In this document: one piece after another, positions 57,652 to 64,000 of the stretch
Numbering within the stretch: position 1 is the stretch's first letter
How the letters are laid out: each line of letters starts with the position of its first letter
NCBI GenBank assembly: GCA_964016885.1
Contig: OZ024755.1
Span: 8,990,001 to 9,054,000 of the forward strand
Source of the DNA: Eledone cirrhosa
Taxonomy: Eukaryota
Direction: 5' to 3'
Length of the DNA stretch: 64,000 nucleotides
Position numbers and translations under genes: made by a program
The notes under the pieces: model-generated
The model's database searches: none
What the model was told of the DNA's origin: nothing
Seen by the model: only the letters and a program-made list of their open reading frames with translations

Positions 57652-58199
57652 GCATATATACATATATGCATACATGCATACATACATGCATACATACATA
57701 CATACATACATACATACATACATACATACATACATACATACATACATACATACATACATACATACATACACACATACACGTGAGCATAAGTGTTTGTAAA
57801 AGTACGCATACGTTTATCTATATACTTACGTATTTATTATGCAAGTTAACTCCCCAGTGTTAGCAGAATAAATTAGGAAGAAATATCTGATGAAAGTAAG
57901 CATGTCTGATGTTCTCACTACAGGTCCCTATGGGCTACTACACAAGCAAACAGATGGTTTATTTATAGCATTCACATAACTACGGCCCACCTTTTCTTTG
58001 CTTCTGCATGTGTGAATTGGGGAGCACTTTTTTCACAGACCCCATAACAACTATACCACACACATAATGTAAACATCTTCATCTTACACATAAACATACA
58101 TTACATATGTATAAGTATCCCCAGTATCCCCCCTTTCTCTCTCTCTCTCTCTCCCTCTCTCTCTCTCTCTCGCTCTGATGTGTATATATATACATATAT

Positions 58200-58277
<78 letters not shown>

Positions 58278-58290
58278 ATATATAAATGTG

Positions 58291-58442
<152 letters not shown>

Positions 58443-59954
58443 CGTTCATTGTGATCATTTGGGTGTGTGTGTGATTGTATATACATAAAGACTGGCTAGT
58501 AAAAAGAAAGATCAAATATACACGCGCTTATGTATAGAGTATAATAAAATACTTCAACAGGCTTCACATATACATACTCATGTGTGTATATTTGTATGTA
58601 TGTATCTGTGGATGTATGTACCTATGTATGCAAGTATGTATGTATGTTTTTTCTGTATATATGTTTGTATAAATATATGTGATATAAGATAAACAAGATT
58701 ACGTATCTGGCCCTGAAGTTTTCGTGCATTCGACGTAATAGTGGACTGTACTCTGTAGTGCATTGACAAAAGTAATTGATAATGCATGAATGGGAAAAGG
58801 CCCTCTAAATTTTCAAATGATCACGTGTTCTCTAAATCAGTCGTCATTCATCTTGTTTAAGGACAATTTATCTTGTAGTCCATAAGTATGAATTTAAGCG
58901 CATATCGTAAATTCAAGCGCATTAGTAAATTACTTATAGCAAATGTGAAGGTTTTCAGTAAGACAAAAAGAGCAGTAATTTTATTGATTCTTACTCCCTA
59001 GGCCTTTTTCCACATAATATTGTTGGTCTTTGTTTACATCCCCTGACGACTAAATATATTAAAAATAACAAGGGGGTTCTTTAATTTCAGTGATGAAATA
59101 TACTTTACTGATAGTGTCGGTGATTTTTAATGCCTACAGTGGGAATTGTCTGTTGAGGTGTTACTTTTTGAAAATTCACCATGGGAGCCAATAATTGTTT
59201 TTCCAGGCTTTATTTTATTTTTTATGAGCAAACCTCAGTTTTGGCAATTGCAGATCCCTTTTTTGTTGTTGTTATCAGACCTAGATCCAAGATATTCCAG
59301 CTGTCACCGCTGTCTTTTTGTATATCAATGACTACACTAGTCAATATGTCATTCGTTTCTTAAGACGTTAATGTATGATATGAGGAAGAATTATTGGTTA
59401 GTGTTAACAGATTGAGTAACGCCGTTTAGACTTCTGGGGCTGTTGTTCACTGATATTGCTAAATACATAATTATTTCAGAGGATGCCCGCATATCAGTGC
59501 AGCGTTGTCGTACTCTGTGGAGTACATTAAAGCTATTGCTTTTATCTGGGCGATAGAATTTTAAAATGGCATTTAAGTGTGTGGATGAACTTGCTTTATC
59601 TTTGTTTTTGTATTAATTGTATATTTCTGAAAATAGTTTTTGTCAAAGAATATCAGTTCCCTAAAAAACTCATCAATCAATGACCTCTATCCATCCTAAA
59701 AATCACCGCCCTACCTCCCCATCAGTAAACATATAAATAATACTGCAGTATAACACAAATCGGCTTTCCTGGTGATTTCCTGCGTTTCACTGTAGGTAGA
59801 CTCCACGAGAACTGCGTTGAGGCTGCAGTTGTTTGTGGAATGCTGAAATATTATTTAGATATTAATTTCATGAGCAGGCATTTCTATTAATTGAATCAAC
59901 TGACGCACTCTTTGTCGTAAACGACGGAAGTCCAGCTTCAACAATATATATATG

Positions 59955-60047
<93 letters not shown>

Positions 60048-60179
60048 GTGTGTATTTGAAGAGCGTCTGACTATTTTAACATTCCAAACCTTAATTTACC
60101 ACTAAGTTTTCTGCTCGATTCTCTCTATGTCATAAAAAGTCTGGCTATATATTGGAAGACAGGAGGAGGAATACTGTTG

Positions 60180-60234
<55 letters not shown>

Positions 60235-61567
60235 ATACATATATATATATATAATTATATATGTATATATACACATAAATATATTATTTGAAGTCTATAC
60301 TTGATTTCTTATAATATGAAACAGCAGGGAGAAATGTTGTAATGATGAGATAAGTTGTCGGTCTCAATCAAGACAGAAGTTAGCACAATTAACAAGCGAA
60401 GTGAAGGACGTCTTTTATTTACAAGTGATGGGGGAGGAGAAAGCGGTGATATGGCAAAGTCGTTAGAACGTCGGATAGAATGGTTCGCGTTGTAATTTCC
60501 GGCTCTCTGCGCTCTTAGTTCTTTATTCTAGCTAAACCAGTAGCATTGTTTTCATTTTGATATTTGTGGGGGAAATGGGGAAAAGCGCTAGGTTGTAGTT
60601 AAGTCAAGAGATGGGAGTTTATGACCATAACCTTTGTAAATTCTTGCGGTTTACGTTTAAATTTAAGTCGACAACAGGCGGCGAAGTGGCAAATTAGAAC
60701 GCCGATCAGAAAATTACACGTTATAATCCGGCTGAATATTACACGTTATAACTATGGTTGGAGCGCTGAGTTCAAACCCCGTCGGCCAGTTTCGCCTTTC
60801 ATCCTTTGAAGGTCGATGAATAATGTACTAGTCAAAAGCTGGAGTCGATTCTTCCTCTGTCTTTGCGTCACTGCCCGTCTGTTTGCTCTTACTTCTCTCT
60901 ACCTTTAGAAGAACAAGGCTGTGTTCAGACCTAAAAGAGAGATGGGGTCCGCTAGGTTTAAATTTGCAAGATATATATAACATGTTTATTTGCGTGTTAT
61001 CCTGAACATATCACGACACAATCCAGCGGCTACTTATTTGCCGAAGAAACAATATATTCTTATAAAAGGTTATTCATTTATTGATTTCAGTCATTAGACT
61101 GTGGCCATGCTAGGGCATCACCTTGAATTAGTCAATCTTATCGACTTCCAGTATACTTTTCAGGTCTGGTACTTATTTCATTGCTCCCTTTTTTGTTGAG
61201 AAACATGAACACGTGATTGCAAAACTACCTCTTTAACCACATTGCTATGTCTATTCTAAACTAAGTATTAATAAATACACTGGCTTCACTATACCAAAAT
61301 TCATACATATCTACACACATACATATTCACATATATCAACACACCCACAATGATACACACACACGAATTAACACATATCTACATATATACAAAGACACAC
61401 ACACATACTCTCATGTATATGTGCATATATTTATATTTATATGCATGTATATTTATAGAAAGAGTGATAGATATACACATAAAAACATACATACACACAT
61501 ACATACATATATATATCCATATATATGTGTGTGTGTGTATGTATATATATATATATGTGTGTGTGTG

Positions 61568-61608
<41 letters not shown>

Positions 61609-61651
61609 GTATATATTTATATATATGTATATATATATGTATATATATATA

Positions 61652-61754
<103 letters not shown>

Positions 61755-61810
61755 GTGTGTATATATATATATATATATAAATATATATTTATATATATAT
61801 ATTTACTCTT

Positions 61811-61900
<90 letters not shown>

Positions 61901-61965
61901 TATAAATATATATATATATACATATATATATATACATATATATAAATATATACATATATATATAA

Positions 61966-62063
<98 letters not shown>

Positions 62064-63046
62064 TGGTAATGTCTTCTGAAAAAAAAGGGCGTTTATTTAT
62101 CTGTTTGATGCAAGACGTCATTAAAGCACACTGCAAATGTTTTGCTAAAATATATTGCAACAGCTGCAATAGCAATGAGGATGATTGGGTGCATGACACA
62201 GTTGTTTATATATATGCAACAGCATAATAATACTGACAGCTTCTACAGAAACCGCAATTATGTTATTAGTTAAACCGTTGAAACAATATATATGTACGTA
62301 CCTGTTTCTAAGCACTTCTTTTACTATCTATCTATATATCCATTTGTCAATCTGATGTCTGTCTATATATCCATTTGTCAATCTGATGTCTGTCTATATA
62401 TATCTGTATATATCTATATCTATCTATCTATCTATCTCCGGACAACAACTTATCCCCTTCTTTAAGTACCACTTCAGAAGGAAGGTGAGAGTGGAGAGAG
62501 AGAGGTGCTACACCCCAGTAAATTCGCTGAAAGGTGGGTGAATATGGCGAAAATGGCCCGAGTGGATGGGCCTTCTCTGTATATAAACCTGTAGGTTGAG
62601 GAAGATAAACAGCGGGAAGACAGGAACACCTACAAAACGTGTTCCTGGTGGTGAGGGTTGTTCTATCCACGGGGTGTAAAACAAACCCGCAGTAACATTC
62701 TCCCCTAATGGGGATTTCAATTGTTTTATTTTATATATAGTTTATTGTTATTTATCATTGTTAAGGATTTTATGTAAAACCACCGCCGTCACATCTTGCA
62801 ATGTTCCATTTTTGTACGCCCCTGTGGCAAATAAAGAAAGATATCTATCTACCTGTCTATCTATCTACCTACCTATTCATCTGCCTGTCTGTCATTCTAT
62901 CAATCTATCAAACTATCGGTCTATCTATCTGTCTGTTTATATATGTATTTATCTATCTGTCTCTCTTTCTGTCGGTTTCTCTTCTGTCTATCTGTCGTTG
63001 CTTCTTTGTGTGTGTGTGTGTATCTCTGTGTGTGTCTGTGTGTCTT

Positions 63047-63078
<32 letters not shown>

Positions 63079-63533
63079 CGAGTGTGTGTGTGTGCAACTA
63101 ACGGCAGTAAAGTTCAAAGTTCATAGGCTGACCAAGATACTCTCATGGAATGACCAAATGACGTTTATTTTTCCACAATGCATTTAATAAAATGCAGTTA
63201 TCAAGAAGGGTTGAAATTAATGCATGCAAGATTTCACAGCTTTAGCATCACCTGGGACAGACCTGTTTGCTCTCCCCGTCTGACGGGGAGATCTCCCATC
63301 CACGTTGGGGTCGCTGAGAGATGTCTTCTCTTGTGAAAATCGATATAGCTGTCATTATGTAAAATCTCCCCATTTTGCCTCATTTCTCCCTGTTTTGGGA
63401 CACTGTTTTTCATGGTACTCCCCGTTTGGGTTTTTAAAGATTGGCAGGTCTGCCAGGAGGTGCATAATTATTGTTTGGGCTTTGGACCCCCTCTCTCTCT
63501 CTCTCTCTCTTAACTACCTATCTATCTACCTAC

Positions 63534-63564
<31 letters not shown>

Positions 63565-64000
63565 CCTACCTATCTATCTACTTATCTAGCTAGCTAGCCA
63601 CCTACTTATCCATGTATCTATAACTATATATCACTCTGTGATGATTATTATTTCACCAGCCTTGTATAGTATATACCTGTTTTTTCAATTATTATACCAC
63701 CGCTGTAGGTTTTCGACGAACTTAACACGTGAGCCTGTTTCAATTCTATTTGCACCTACCTCATATATATCTCTAATACCTTTTCATACGGAATGTTAAC
63801 TACAATTTCTCAACCATTTCTTCAAACATTAATGTTGGTATATATTCTATCATACCTCACATAATTTGATTTTTTTTTTTTTTTTTTTGCGCTCATATTC
63901 AACATTCAGTTCGGAAAACGTCTCTACTGAAGGTCTTATCTGTGTAGTTGACGCCCCACCCACAGAAGAATTATCACAAACATTCCTATATATCAGGCCC

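Noticed and set aside
58700-59620. Possible old LINE RT remnant
   Set aside because: No QG or YADD motif recoverable by eye

Overview
AT-rich, microsatellite-saturated eukaryotic DNA. The repeat families and (TA)n load look like an octopus/coleoid cephalopod (inference). The only convincing protein-coding sequence is the last three exons of gephyrin (MoeA/E domain; + strand, 519-2307). The remaining ~61 kb has no exon I can support. It holds tRNA-derived SINEs, TTAA- and TA-type MITEs, decayed RTE and CR1-type LINE 3' ends, minisatellites and long simple repeats; nearly all ORF-track entries are microsatellite read-throughs. The main discovery is a set of about 10 short insertions in or beside (TA)n tracts. 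Several carry minimal type-I hammerhead ribozymes with palindromic loop 3 (best preserved at 26229-26290, 30937-30974 as a U3-A8 variant, 49744-49814 and 50246-50283). Many have an end that folds back into an inverted copy of the element's own sequence. They resemble Penelope-like pseudo-LTR or retrozyme remnants and suggest a microsatellite-targeted, hairpin-generating retrotransposition route. A ~470-bp foldback carrying two convergent tRNA-like Pol III units (28048-28520) is also notable. Coordinates were counted by eye; repeat edges are approximate.
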